From: Clostridia bacterium
GTDB taxonomy: Bacteria; Bacillota; Clostridia; Christensenellales; UMGS416
Assembly (NCBI GenBank): GCA_016938675.1
Contig: JAFGUF010000001.1
Location: forward strand, 134,249 to 198,248
Direction: 5' to 3'
DNA: 64,000 nt
Of this stretch, positions 1 to 8,388 are shown piece by piece (within the stretch, counting starts at the first letter, position 1; each line of letters starts with the position of its first letter). The translations under genes and the position numbers were made by a program. The notes beneath the pieces were generated by a model. The model ran no database searches and was not told the origin of the DNA. It saw only the letters and a program-made list of their open reading frames with translations.

Positions 1-153
1 TATGGCTATTGCATCGCTGAGGATACAGGCGGATTTCGCAACGATCCTGACAGGTGGAACCAGCTGGATGTATTCATGAACACCAAGGATGAGTGCTATA
101 TCTGGGGCAGGCGATATAATGTAAAGGTATATATTTTAAGAAGAGGATATTAA
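1..153 (+). CDS. 3D-domain protein, C-terminal fragment (gene begins upstream of the window)
   Basis: Frame 1 is open from base 1 to TAA at 151-153. It translates to ...YGYCIAEDTGGFRNDPDRWNQLDVFMNTKDECYIWGRRYNVKVYILRRGY. The DTGG...D motif is typical of the C-terminal 3D domain of YabE-like proteins, which precede ksgA/rsmA in Firmicutes. Confidence 0.45.
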   Translation, partial: YGYCIAEDTGGFRNDPDRWNQLDVFMNTKDECYIWGRRYNVKVYILRRGY

Positions 154-162
154 GTTTAATAT

Positions 163-984
163 ATGAATGAATTAAAACAGGCTCTTAATGATTATGGGTT
201 CTTCACGAAGAAATCTCTTGGGCAGAATTTTCTTTTTGATAAGAACATTCTCGCCAAGATTGCGAATGGCTCAGATGGTGTATGCCTCGAGATTGGCCCT
301 GGTCCGGGAGGCCTTACAGAGGAGCTATGCAAAAGATGCGACAAAGTAGTAGCAGTTGAGATTGACACTAAAATATTTGAATTTCTTAAAGATTATATGA
401 GTGCATATGAAAATCTTGCGTTAATAAATGCTGATTTCCTTAAACTTGATATATATAAGCTATATGAAGAACATATAAAAAAGCCATTTAATGTGGCTGC
501 AAATCTTCCTTATTATATAACTACTCCTGTTTTAATGAAGATACTGGAGTCCTCTCTGCCGGTAAAAAAAATCAAGGTACTTGTGCAGAAGGAGGTTGCA
601 TCTCGAATTGCTTCCCCTCCCGGAAGCAGGGAATATGGCGTGCTTTCCGTTATGGTGCAATGCAGGGGAAGCGCAAAAGTGTTGTTTGATGTACCGCCGG
701 GCGCTTTTTCTCCTCCACCAAAGGTTACCTCATCCGTAATAGAAATAGAAATATCAGAATCTAAAAAGATAGACAGCACTTATGATGATTTCCGCCGCTG
801 CGTAAAAAGCGGATTTTCCAACAGGCGAAAACAGATGGCAAATAACATTGCAGTTGACTATGGCATATCAAAAGACAGAGTTTACAAAATATTTGATACA
901 ATGGGCATTGATAGAGATATAAGAGCTGAGAAATTATCATTTCAACAATTTGATGAATTGTGCTATAATTTAAAAAAAATTTAA
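163..984 (+). CDS. rsmA: 16S rRNA (adenine1518/1519-N6)-dimethyltransferase RsmA/KsgA
   Basis: 273 aa. Has the LGQNFL motif, the SAM-binding EIGPGPGGLT motif and NLPYYITTP. Confidence 0.93.
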   Translation: MNELKQALNDYGFFTKKSLGQNFLFDKNILAKIANGSDGVCLEIGPGPGGLTEELCKRCDKVVAVEIDTKIFEFLKDYMSAYENLALINADFLKLDIYKLYEEHIKKPFNVAANLPYYITTPVLMKILESSLPVKKIKVLVQKEVASRIASPPGSREYGVLSVMVQCRGSAKVLFDVPPGAFSPPPKVTSSVIEIEISESKKIDSTYDDFRRCVKSGFSNRRKQMANNIAVDYGISKDRVYKIFDTMGIDRDIRAEKLSFQQFDELCYNLKKI

Positions 985-1000
985 ACTAGAGGTACCAAAA

Positions 1001-1336
1001 ATGGATTGTATTTTCTGCAAGATAATTGCCGGAGAGATTCCCTGTGATAAGGTATATGAAGATGAAAAAGTGCTTTGCTTTAATGACATTGCGCCGAAAG
1101 CGCCTATTCATGTTCTGGCTGTCCCGAAAAAACATACAGCAAACCTTCTGGAAGTTGGCGACGACAAAGAGATGCTCAACGATATTAATTATGCAATCAA
1201 GAAGGTCGCTGAGAAAATGAATATCGCAGAAAATGGCTTTAAAACTGTGATTAACACTGGCACAGATGGCGGACAGAGCGTTAATCATTTGCATTTTCAC
1301 ATTCTGGGCGGAAAGAAATTCGGCGAAGATTTATAA
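1001..1336 (+). CDS. HIT family (histidine triad) nucleotide hydrolase
   Basis: 111 aa. CIFCKI N-terminus and the histidine triad HLHFHILGG. Confidence 0.9.
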   Translation: MDCIFCKIIAGEIPCDKVYEDEKVLCFNDIAPKAPIHVLAVPKKHTANLLEVGDDKEMLNDINYAIKKVAEKMNIAENGFKTVINTGTDGGQSVNHLHFHILGGKKFGEDL

Positions 1337-1434
1337 TAAAAAGAAATATAAGTAAAAAATATCTTGCTTTTTATTTCAAGGTTTGTTATTATAGCAAAGG
1401 ATTAAGCAAAATTTTAAGAAAGGCAGGTCGTAAA

Positions 1435-1506
1435 ATGATCAGGTTATTTTTCAGTAATGGTGTAAAAGTGAATATTGGTTTTAGTCGATCTGTCGTTTTA
1501 AATTAA
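1435..1506 (+). CDS. Candidate 23-codon leader peptide (MIRLFFSNGVKVNIGFSRSVVLN) upstream of the ABC exporter pair
   Basis: ATG at 1435 is preceded by a purine-rich AAGAAAGGCAGG. The ORF ends at TAA 1504-1506, about 27 nt before an intrinsic terminator. A sigmaA-like promoter (TTGCTT-17-TATTAT, about 1366-1394) lies upstream. Coding status is inferred, not shown. Confidence 0.3.
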   Translation: MIRLFFSNGVKVNIGFSRSVVLN

Positions 1507-1532
1507 CGTTTAGTTATTTATGCTGTTAGTTA

Positions 1533-1561
1533 AACCACAGGTTCGGCCTGTGGTTTTTTTG
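1533..1561 (+). terminator. Intrinsic terminator / attenuator in the 5' leader of the ABC exporter operon
   Basis: CCACAGG-TTCGG-CCTGTGG stem-loop followed by a T7 run, 27 nt before the ABC gene start at 1588. Confidence 0.7.
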
Positions 1562-1587
1562 CGTCTGTCAATAACAAGGGGAATATT

Positions 1588-3423
1588 ATGAAAAACAAAA
1601 AAGAAAAGAAAAAATTAAAAGAAGAAAATAAGAAAAAAGTAAGGCTTTTATATAGGTTCACTAAAGGTGCAAGAGGAGATTTTGTATCAGGTATGCTGTT
1701 TGTTATATTTGAGAATTTCTTCAACTTCCTAGGGCCTTTATTTCTGGCACTGGCAGCAGATATACTGGTTAAATCAGCAAATTTGCATTATCCAAAGATT
1801 ATATTGAGAATGGTTGAACTTGGCGGCGGCGCAGAAGAGCTATATACACATATTTATTTTATAGCTATAGCTTTTGTAATTGCGATGTCTCTGCGGTCAC
1901 TGTTCCTTTTCGTCCGCTCAAAGTATTTGGCAAGAGGAAGCGAAACAGTAGCCCGAAAAATGAGAAATGAAGTATATGACCACATCCAAAGGCTGCCTTA
2001 TGAATACCACGTTAACGCAGAAACAGGAGACCTGATACAAAGGTGCACAACAGATGTAGACACAATAAGGCGTTTTCTGGCGGTGCAGCTGACGGAGATA
2101 GTACGCGTTATTACAATGGTTGCAATTGCGCTAGTGATACTAATACCAATAAATACGCTGCTTACTGCGCTTTCAATGGTGCTGCTGCCCGTGATATTGG
2201 GAGCGTCCTTCTACTTCTTTAAGAAAGTTCAGGAACAGTTCCAGAAGGTTGATGAAACTGACGGCGCGCTGTCAACCATCCTTCAGGAAGGGCTCACTGG
2301 GGTACGAGTAGTAAGGGCATTTGGCAGAGAAGAATTTGAAAGAGAAAAGTACAGCAAAAAGAACATTGAATTAAGGGACAAAACTTATATCCTTATTAAA
2401 TACTTTGCTATTTTCTACGCTGCAACTGACGTAATAGTAGTTGCCCAGCTTTTGATATGCATAGTGCTTGGAATTGTTTATGCTGTACAGGGAATAATAT
2501 CCGTAGGCCAATACATAATGTTTGTTTCATATGTAAGAATAATGATCTGGCCGATAAGGCAATTTGGCAGAGTGCTGGCTGACATGGGCAAAGCGATAAT
2601 TTCATCCGGAAGGCTTAATGAAATACTTGAGGAAGAGCTTGAGAAAAACAGTCTTAATCCGATTCAGGCTCCGCTTGACAAGGACATTGAGTTCAAGAAT
2701 GTCAACTTCGCCTACGGTGAAACAAAAGTACTTAAGAACATATCTTTTACTGTCAAAAGTGGCGAAACCGTGGCTATACTCGGCGCTACAGGAAGCGGGA
2801 AGTCAACTTTGGTGCAGCTATTGCAGAGACTGTATGAAGTGGAGGATGGCGAAATACTAATCGGCGGAGTCAATATCCGTGATATAGACAAGTACCATCT
2901 GAGAAAGAGAATAGGTATTGTTCTTCAGGAGCCATTCCTGTACTCAAGGACTATAGAGGAAAATATAAAAATAGCCGAAGAACATGTGGAACTTCCATGT
3001 ATAGAGGAGTCAGCGAAGATAGCGTCAATACACGACGTAATACTTGGCTTCGAAGAAGGCTATAACACATTAGTAGGAGAACGGGGAGTAACATTATCCG
3101 GCGGACAGAAGCAGAGGATTGCGATAGCCAGAACGGTACTTCGCGAGAGCGACATACTGATATTCGATGATTCATTATCAGCGGTTGACACTGAGACAGA
3201 CGCAAAAATACGCAGCTCGCTGAATGAAAGAAAGAATAAAATAACAACATTTATTATTTCGCACAGAATATCAACGCTTATGGAGGCAGACAGGATACTC
3301 GTGCTTAAAGATGGACATATCGTGCAGCAGGGAACACACGATCAGCTAATAGGCATTGACGGGCTATACTCAAGAATATGGAAAATACAAGCCTCAATTG
3401 AACAGGAAGAGGAGGTTAATTAA
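1588..3423 (+). CDS. ABC transporter ATP-binding/permease protein (type I exporter half-transporter, subunit 1)
   Basis: 611 aa. N-terminal 6-TM domain plus NBD with Walker A GATGSGKST, signature LSGGQKQR and Walker B ILIFDDSLS. RBS AAGGGGA. Confidence 0.9.
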   Translation: MKNKKEKKKLKEENKKKVRLLYRFTKGARGDFVSGMLFVIFENFFNFLGPLFLALAADILVKSANLHYPKIILRMVELGGGAEELYTHIYFIAIAFVIAMSLRSLFLFVRSKYLARGSETVARKMRNEVYDHIQRLPYEYHVNAETGDLIQRCTTDVDTIRRFLAVQLTEIVRVITMVAIALVILIPINTLLTALSMVLLPVILGASFYFFKKVQEQFQKVDETDGALSTILQEGLTGVRVVRAFGREEFEREKYSKKNIELRDKTYILIKYFAIFYAATDVIVVAQLLICIVLGIVYAVQGIISVGQYIMFVSYVRIMIWPIRQFGRVLADMGKAIISSGRLNEILEEELEKNSLNPIQAPLDKDIEFKNVNFAYGETKVLKNISFTVKSGETVAILGATGSGKSTLVQLLQRLYEVEDGEILIGGVNIRDIDKYHLRKRIGIVLQEPFLYSRTIEENIKIAEEHVELPCIEESAKIASIHDVILGFEEGYNTLVGERGVTLSGGQKQRIAIARTVLRESDILIFDDSLSAVDTETDAKIRSSLNERKNKITTFIISHRISTLMEADRILVLKDGHIVQQGTHDQLIGIDGLYSRIWKIQASIEQEEEVN

Positions 3424-5255
3424 TGAATTATTACGAAGAAGAATTTGAAACGAAAAAAGTAGATATACGAACATGGAAAAAGCTGCTTCAGTATGCTGCA
3501 AGGCACAAGAAAGCACTGATTATAATGAGCATTTCAATGGTTATAATAGCGGTATTTGACGTTATCATTCCATACATGCGCTCATACGCCATAGATGAAT
3601 ATATACTTCAGGAAACCACAAAGGGACTAGGCTGGTTTACGGCCATTTACATGAGCGTTTCCATAGTAGTCGGCTATATTGTGTATTTGTTTATTTACAA
3701 AGCTGGCTTTTTGGAAACATACATAACATACGACATAAGAAGGGACGCCTTCAATAACCTGCAAAAATTATCATTTTCATATTATGATGTAACGCCTGTA
3801 GGATTTATAATGGCAAGGATGACATCGGACGCTGTGCGCCTCGGCGAAACAATTGCATGGGCGCTGGTGGACATGGTATGGGGAGCTTTTTTCATGGTAG
3901 CGGCTCTCATCGGAATGTTCATAATGAACTGGAGGCTTGCGCTTATTGTATTAGTTGTAGTGCCGCCGATAGCGATTATATCAGCATACTTCAGCAAAAT
4001 AATACTTAAGTATCAGAGGCGCGTAAAGAAGACAAATTCAAGGATAACATCAGCATTCAATGAAGGCATAATGGGAGCTAGGACAACCAAAAGCCTGCAC
4101 AGGGAAGATGCCAACTTTAAAGAATTTGACGAACTCACCGGAAAAATGAGGAATTCATCCATAAAGGCAGCCGTAATATCAGCTATCTATATGCCGATCG
4201 TTATGACAATAGGTGCTGCTGCCACAGGTGCAATGCTGTGGTTAGGCGGTGAGCAGGTGCTAAGTACAGCTATTAAGCTGGGTGAGCTAAACTTCTTTAT
4301 ATCCATGTCTACGATGTTCTTTGAGCCTATATACCAGATATCCAGGATATTTGCGGAGCTGCAGTCCTCACAGGCAGCAGCGGAAAGAGTTATTGGCCTA
4401 GTAGAGGCAAAAAGTGATATAATAGACGCACCTGAGGTAATTGAAAATTACGGTGATGCCATACATCCGAAAAAGGAAAACTGGCCCGATATAAATGGCG
4501 AAGTTGAATTCAAAAATGTTACCTTCAAATACAAAGGCGGAGAAAAAGTATTAAGTGACTTTGACCTTAAAGTAAAAGCCGGCTCAACAATAGCAATAGT
4601 TGGCGAAACCGGAAGCGGAAAGAGCACAATTGTCAACCTTCTTTGCAGATTTTATGAGCCAACTGACGGCGAAGTGCTGATTGACGGAAAAAACTACAAA
4701 AAGTATCCGCAGATATGGCTGCATTCCAATCTTGGATATGTGCTTCAGACGCCGTTTCTGTTTTCAGGGACAATAATGGATAATATCCGCTACGGCAAGC
4801 TGGATGCGACAGATGAAGAGGTTATAGAGGCTGCAAAGCTTGTTGACGCAGACGCATTCATAAATAAACTGCCTGAGGGATACAGTACATCAGTAGGAGA
4901 GGGCGGAAGCAAGCTTTCTACTGGTGAAAAGCAGTTGGTTTCCTTTGCTAGAGCTATACTTGCAAATCCTGCGCTGTTTGTGCTGGATGAAGCGACAAGC
5001 TCAATAGATACTGAGACCGAGGCAAAGATACAAAACGCAATTGAAAAGGTTCTGACGGGCAGGACAAGCTTCATAATTGCCCACAGACTGTCTACTATCC
5101 GCCACGCAAACAGGATAATAGTAATATCAAAAGGAAAAATTATTGAAGACGGCACGCACAAGGAACTGATGAAAAACAAAAAGCACTATTATGAGCTTTA
5201 CACCAATCAGTTTAAGCAGGAACAGGAAAACGAAATATTGGGAATAGCAAACTAA
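3423..5255 (+). CDS. ABC transporter ATP-binding/permease protein (exporter half-transporter, subunit 2)
   Basis: 610 aa. Walker A GETGSGKST, signature LSTGEKQL, Walker B LFVLDEATS. Start overlaps the upstream stop (TAATG), implying a heterodimeric pair. Confidence 0.9.
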   Translation: MNYYEEEFETKKVDIRTWKKLLQYAARHKKALIIMSISMVIIAVFDVIIPYMRSYAIDEYILQETTKGLGWFTAIYMSVSIVVGYIVYLFIYKAGFLETYITYDIRRDAFNNLQKLSFSYYDVTPVGFIMARMTSDAVRLGETIAWALVDMVWGAFFMVAALIGMFIMNWRLALIVLVVVPPIAIISAYFSKIILKYQRRVKKTNSRITSAFNEGIMGARTTKSLHREDANFKEFDELTGKMRNSSIKAAVISAIYMPIVMTIGAAATGAMLWLGGEQVLSTAIKLGELNFFISMSTMFFEPIYQISRIFAELQSSQAAAERVIGLVEAKSDIIDAPEVIENYGDAIHPKKENWPDINGEVEFKNVTFKYKGGEKVLSDFDLKVKAGSTIAIVGETGSGKSTIVNLLCRFYEPTDGEVLIDGKNYKKYPQIWLHSNLGYVLQTPFLFSGTIMDNIRYGKLDATDEEVIEAAKLVDADAFINKLPEGYSTSVGEGGSKLSTGEKQLVSFARAILANPALFVLDEATSSIDTETEAKIQNAIEKVLTGRTSFIIAHRLSTIRHANRIIVISKGKIIEDGTHKELMKNKKHYYELYTNQFKQEQENEILGIAN

Positions 5256-5269
5256 TAAAGAGGACATAA

Positions 5270-6013
5270 ATGAGATATGTGTTAAGCTGCATCAGGCGTG
5301 CAGTAGAAGACTTCAACATGATAAAAGAAGGTGACAGCATTGCCGTAGGTGTATCCGGGGGCAAGGACTCCATGGTGCTCTTGAAGGCAATGCACCTTTA
5401 CAGGTATATATCCAAGGCAAAATATGACCTACACGCAATAACCATTGATCTAGGCCTTTCAGAGAGCTTTGATACAACTCCTGTAAAAGAGCTTTGCGAT
5501 GAATGGGGCATTAACTATCACGTAATAAAAACAGATATTGGAAAAATAATTTTCGAAGAAAGAAAAGAAAAAAGCCCGTGTTCATTGTGCTCTAAAATGC
5601 GCAGAGGCGCTATACACGACGCGTGCAAGGAGCTGGGAATAAACAAAGTAGCCCTCGGTCACCACAGGGAGGACGTAATAGGCACCTTTCTGATGTCCTT
5701 GCTCTATGAAGGCAGAATCAACACATTCTCACCACTTACATGGATGGATAGGTCTGATATGGTGCAAATACGCCCGATGATATATGCACCAGAAAAGGAA
5801 GTGATCTCGGCAGCGAAAAGAAACAACCTGCCTATAATAAAAAGCCCCTGTCCGGCGGACAAGGAGACAAAAAGACAGGATATGAAAGAACTGCTAAAGA
5901 CATTGAACACCTATAGAGATGACGGCGATGCAGCAAAATACATAATGCACGCAATAAGTGAAGTAGACTCCTATCATCTATGGGACAAAATAAAGAGGCG
6001 GCCGGGAGAATAA
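5270..6013 (+). CDS. ttcA: PP-loop ATPase, tRNA 2-thiocytidine synthetase TtcA family
   Basis: 247 aa. PP-loop SGGKDS, CSLCSKMRRG and GHHREDV motifs. Confidence 0.8.
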   Translation: MRYVLSCIRRAVEDFNMIKEGDSIAVGVSGGKDSMVLLKAMHLYRYISKAKYDLHAITIDLGLSESFDTTPVKELCDEWGINYHVIKTDIGKIIFEERKEKSPCSLCSKMRRGAIHDACKELGINKVALGHHREDVIGTFLMSLLYEGRINTFSPLTWMDRSDMVQIRPMIYAPEKEVISAAKRNNLPIIKSPCPADKETKRQDMKELLKTLNTYRDDGDAAKYIMHAISEVDSYHLWDKIKRRPGE

Positions 6014-6913
6014 TCAGAAAATCTCGGCACCTTTTGATGAGGCGGGAGATGAAAACAATTTGTATTCTCCGATACCTTCTAAGTATTCAGACATAGATTT
6101 TATAAATAATTGAGCGTCGCCTGTTACTATGCAGCACATAGTCGGGCCTGCGCCGGAAAGATAGAAAGCATGTGCTCCCAAAGCATATGCTTTATTTTTT
6201 ACTAGGTCATAGTTTGGTATCAGGCTCTTCCTATATGGCTGATGCAGATAATCTTCGCATGCGGCTTTCAGGTTGCCCTCCAGTCCGTTTACAAGTGAGG
6301 CTGTAAGGACGACTGCATTGCCCGATGAATGGACTGCATCATGAAAGCTGTATTCATTGGGAAGCACTTTTCGCGCGTCGCTGGTTTTTAGATGAAAATT
6401 CGGAATAATAAAAACAAATTGAAACTTATCGTGAGGCATCAGCTTAACATAGGTTACTTTTTTATTCTCATCCATTGAAGCTGCTGTCATGCCGCCGAGA
6501 AAAGCGGGCAGCACATTATCCGGGTGTCCGTCCATAGATACTGCCAGGCTTAGCATCTCCTCAAAGTCCAATTTTTCTCCGGAAAGCTTGTTTGCCGCGA
6601 GGATTCCGCCGACTATGCATGCCGCGCTGGAGCCTAAGCCGCGGGCAAAAGGGATATTATTCTCTTGGGTAATTTTAACCGGAATGAAAGCTACGCCTAA
6701 ATAATCATACGATTTCTTCATCGCCTGCACTATCAGATTGGTATCATCTGTCGGTATTATGCCTTTTTCGTCATCAGGGATTACTATTTCCAGAGTGTCA
6801 CTTTTTTCAACAGTAATAAAATTGAAGAGCTCAACTGACATGCCCAGGCAGTCAAAACCGGGGCCGAGATTTGTGGTGGTTGCTGGAATCTTTACTTTAA
6901 AAATAATAATCAC
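6014..6913 (-). CDS. thrB: Homoserine kinase ThrB
   Basis: GHMP kinase with PATTTNLGPGFD and GLGSSAA motifs. The track ORF extends to a GTG at 6961, but that extension overlaps a structured leader. An in-frame GTG at 6913 (or an ATT at 6910/6907), next to AAAGGA, gives the usual spacing of about 10 aa before PATT.NLGPGFD. The exact start is uncertain. Confidence 0.88.
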   Translation of the reverse strand: MIIIFKVKIPATTTNLGPGFDCLGMSVELFNFITVEKSDTLEIVIPDDEKGIIPTDDTNLIVQAMKKSYDYLGVAFIPVKITQENNIPFARGLGSSAACIVGGILAANKLSGEKLDFEEMLSLAVSMDGHPDNVLPAFLGGMTAASMDENKKVTYVKLMPHDKFQFVFIIPNFHLKTSDARKVLPNEYSFHDAVHSSGNAVVLTASLVNGLEGNLKAACEDYLHQPYRKSLIPNYDLVKNKAYALGAHAFYLSGAGPTMCCIVTGDAQLFIKSMSEYLEGIGEYKLFSSPASSKGAEIF

Positions 6914-7137
6914 ATCCTTTAAAATAAATCTTTGCAGCTGACCTGATTTTTGACCCCACACTCGCCAACTGTACGTATTGCTCGGGGTGCATTCCCGTCA
7001 CGCCTCGTCTCTCTTAGCTGCGCTAAGGTTGGACTTACCTCTAAACCGCGCCATGCTCACTGATATTTTTACCAGCTTATGTGGATCGTTTTGCCCGCGA
7101 CTAGCATCGACTTTCAATCACAGACCTGCAAAGATTA
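6914..7137 (-). promoter_or_regulatory. Structured 5' leader of thrB of unassigned class, transcribed from a TTGCAG-17-TATAAT promoter (7172-7144)
   Basis: Leader of about 220 nt that is GC-richer than its flanks. Minus-strand CTTTGCAG (7133-7126) pairs with CTGCAAAG (6937-6930). TGATT (7120-7116) pairs with AATCA (6948-6944). Together these enclose about 170 nt containing several local hairpins. No credible ORF. Confidence 0.5.
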
Positions 7138-7193
7138 TGTGATATTATACTATTAATCATTAAATACTGCAATTTATTTATGCCTTGGGAATT

Positions 7194-7565
7194 TTAATGG
7201 TGCAATCTTTCGATCAAGCTATTAAAGTCTTTAACATTACGCCTTGACCGCAAAATACCCCAATTAGTTTTCTTGCTTAGTGGAATAATTTCCGGGATTA
7301 AATAATATGCAGCTTGTCTAACAATTTTGCTGACCTTGATCCATCCCTGTATTTTAACTTTTGAGTTTTTAATTAAAATTACTATATATGAGTATGAGCC
7401 TTGTTTTTCAGTCTGGAAACAATAATTCGCATTGTATTCATCTATGAATTCAGGAACAAACAAGCCACCAGCTTTAAAAACTGAATTTTCTGCCCATTCA
7501 TTAATAATGGAATGTATACCTTCGAAGTACTCAAGGAAAACAGTTGTCTTATTTGGTTTGCTCAT
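7194..7565 (-). CDS. Hypothetical protein (about 123 aa)
   Basis: ORF with a good RBS (AGAGGTG) before the ATG at 7565. No motif recognised. Confidence 0.55.
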   Translation of the reverse strand: MSKPNKTTVFLEYFEGIHSIINEWAENSVFKAGGLFVPEFIDEYNANYCFQTEKQGSYSYIVILIKNSKVKIQGWIKVSKIVRQAAYYLIPEIIPLSKKTNWGILRSRRNVKDFNSLIERLHH

Positions 7566-7616
7566 AATCACCTCTAAAATCTTTTAATATTAATATACAT
7601 ATAGTGTAATAAAATG

Positions 7617-8237
7617 TCAATTGTCAGAATGAGCAATTAAAAATTTTCTTGCACTGATTACATCCGGATGAGGCGACAAATACAAATCATTATCAAGCAT
7701 GTAATCAATATATACAAGGCACGCCTTTTCAAGAGAAATATTAAGCGCTGTTTCAACTTCACCTAGATAGGGCGGAGTGCCTTCTTGATCCCACATTATT
7801 TTATCGGCAATAAATAAAGCCATATCAAATTTAGATGGATTTTCTTTCAGTGTTGTATGGCAGGCAATTGCTGATAAAATTTCATTGTCAGTAACGTTAA
7901 ATACCTCTTTAGCTATTAGTGCTGATATTTTCTGATGCATAAGAACCGGGATTTCTATTTCAATAGCAATTGTTTTTATGCCGTATTCATAACATATTTC
8001 TGCATATTCATTTCTCGGGATAACAATAGAGATATCATGGAGGTAGGCGGCGGTATCAAGCCATTTTGAATTAAGCTTGTATTTCTCTGCAATTTCCTTA
8101 ACTTTCTCGGCGACATTTTTTGTATGAAGCAATACAATATCTTTATGGTACATTTCAAGAAGTAGGTTGCAGTTATCGCTTATATTGCTGCCGATAGCAG
8201 CATTTTTTATTTGTTCAAACATTAATCCATTATACAT
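7617..8237 (-). CDS. HD-domain phosphohydrolase (YqeK-like)
   Basis: 206 aa. H...HD metal-binding pattern (LHTKNVA ... AAYLHDIS) and later conserved His residues. Confidence 0.65.
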   Translation of the reverse strand: MYNGLMFEQIKNAAIGSNISDNCNLLLEMYHKDIVLLHTKNVAEKVKEIAEKYKLNSKWLDTAAYLHDISIVIPRNEYAEICYEYGIKTIAIEIEIPVLMHQKISALIAKEVFNVTDNEILSAIACHTTLKENPSKFDMALFIADKIMWDQEGTPPYLGEVETALNISLEKACLVYIDYMLDNDLYLSPHPDVISARKFLIAHSDN

Positions 8238-8388
8238 TAGTTTATTATTTTAAAGCAATAAGCTAGTTTCTTTAATATGTTAACTTACTTATTAATAGAA
8301 TATTAAGTTTATGAATATTGAGTGTATAAAACCAATGATATGGAGTTTTAGTGATATAATAAGCCGCACTAAAAAATCAGGGGGCATT

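Noticed and set aside
6914-7137. Assigning the thrB leader to a known riboswitch class (T-box, SAM-I, lysine, glycine, ykkC/ppGpp, ydaO, M-box, c-di-GMP) or to 6S/SRP RNA.
   Set aside because: The defining conserved sequences as I recall them (for example GGUGGNACCGCG, GAGGCGC...GCCGAAG, CUAGGGUUCCG, GUCAGGUCCGGAAGGAAGCAGC) are absent. Only loose resemblances exist, such as AGAGAG...GGGAAUG. It is left unclassified pending a covariance-model scan.
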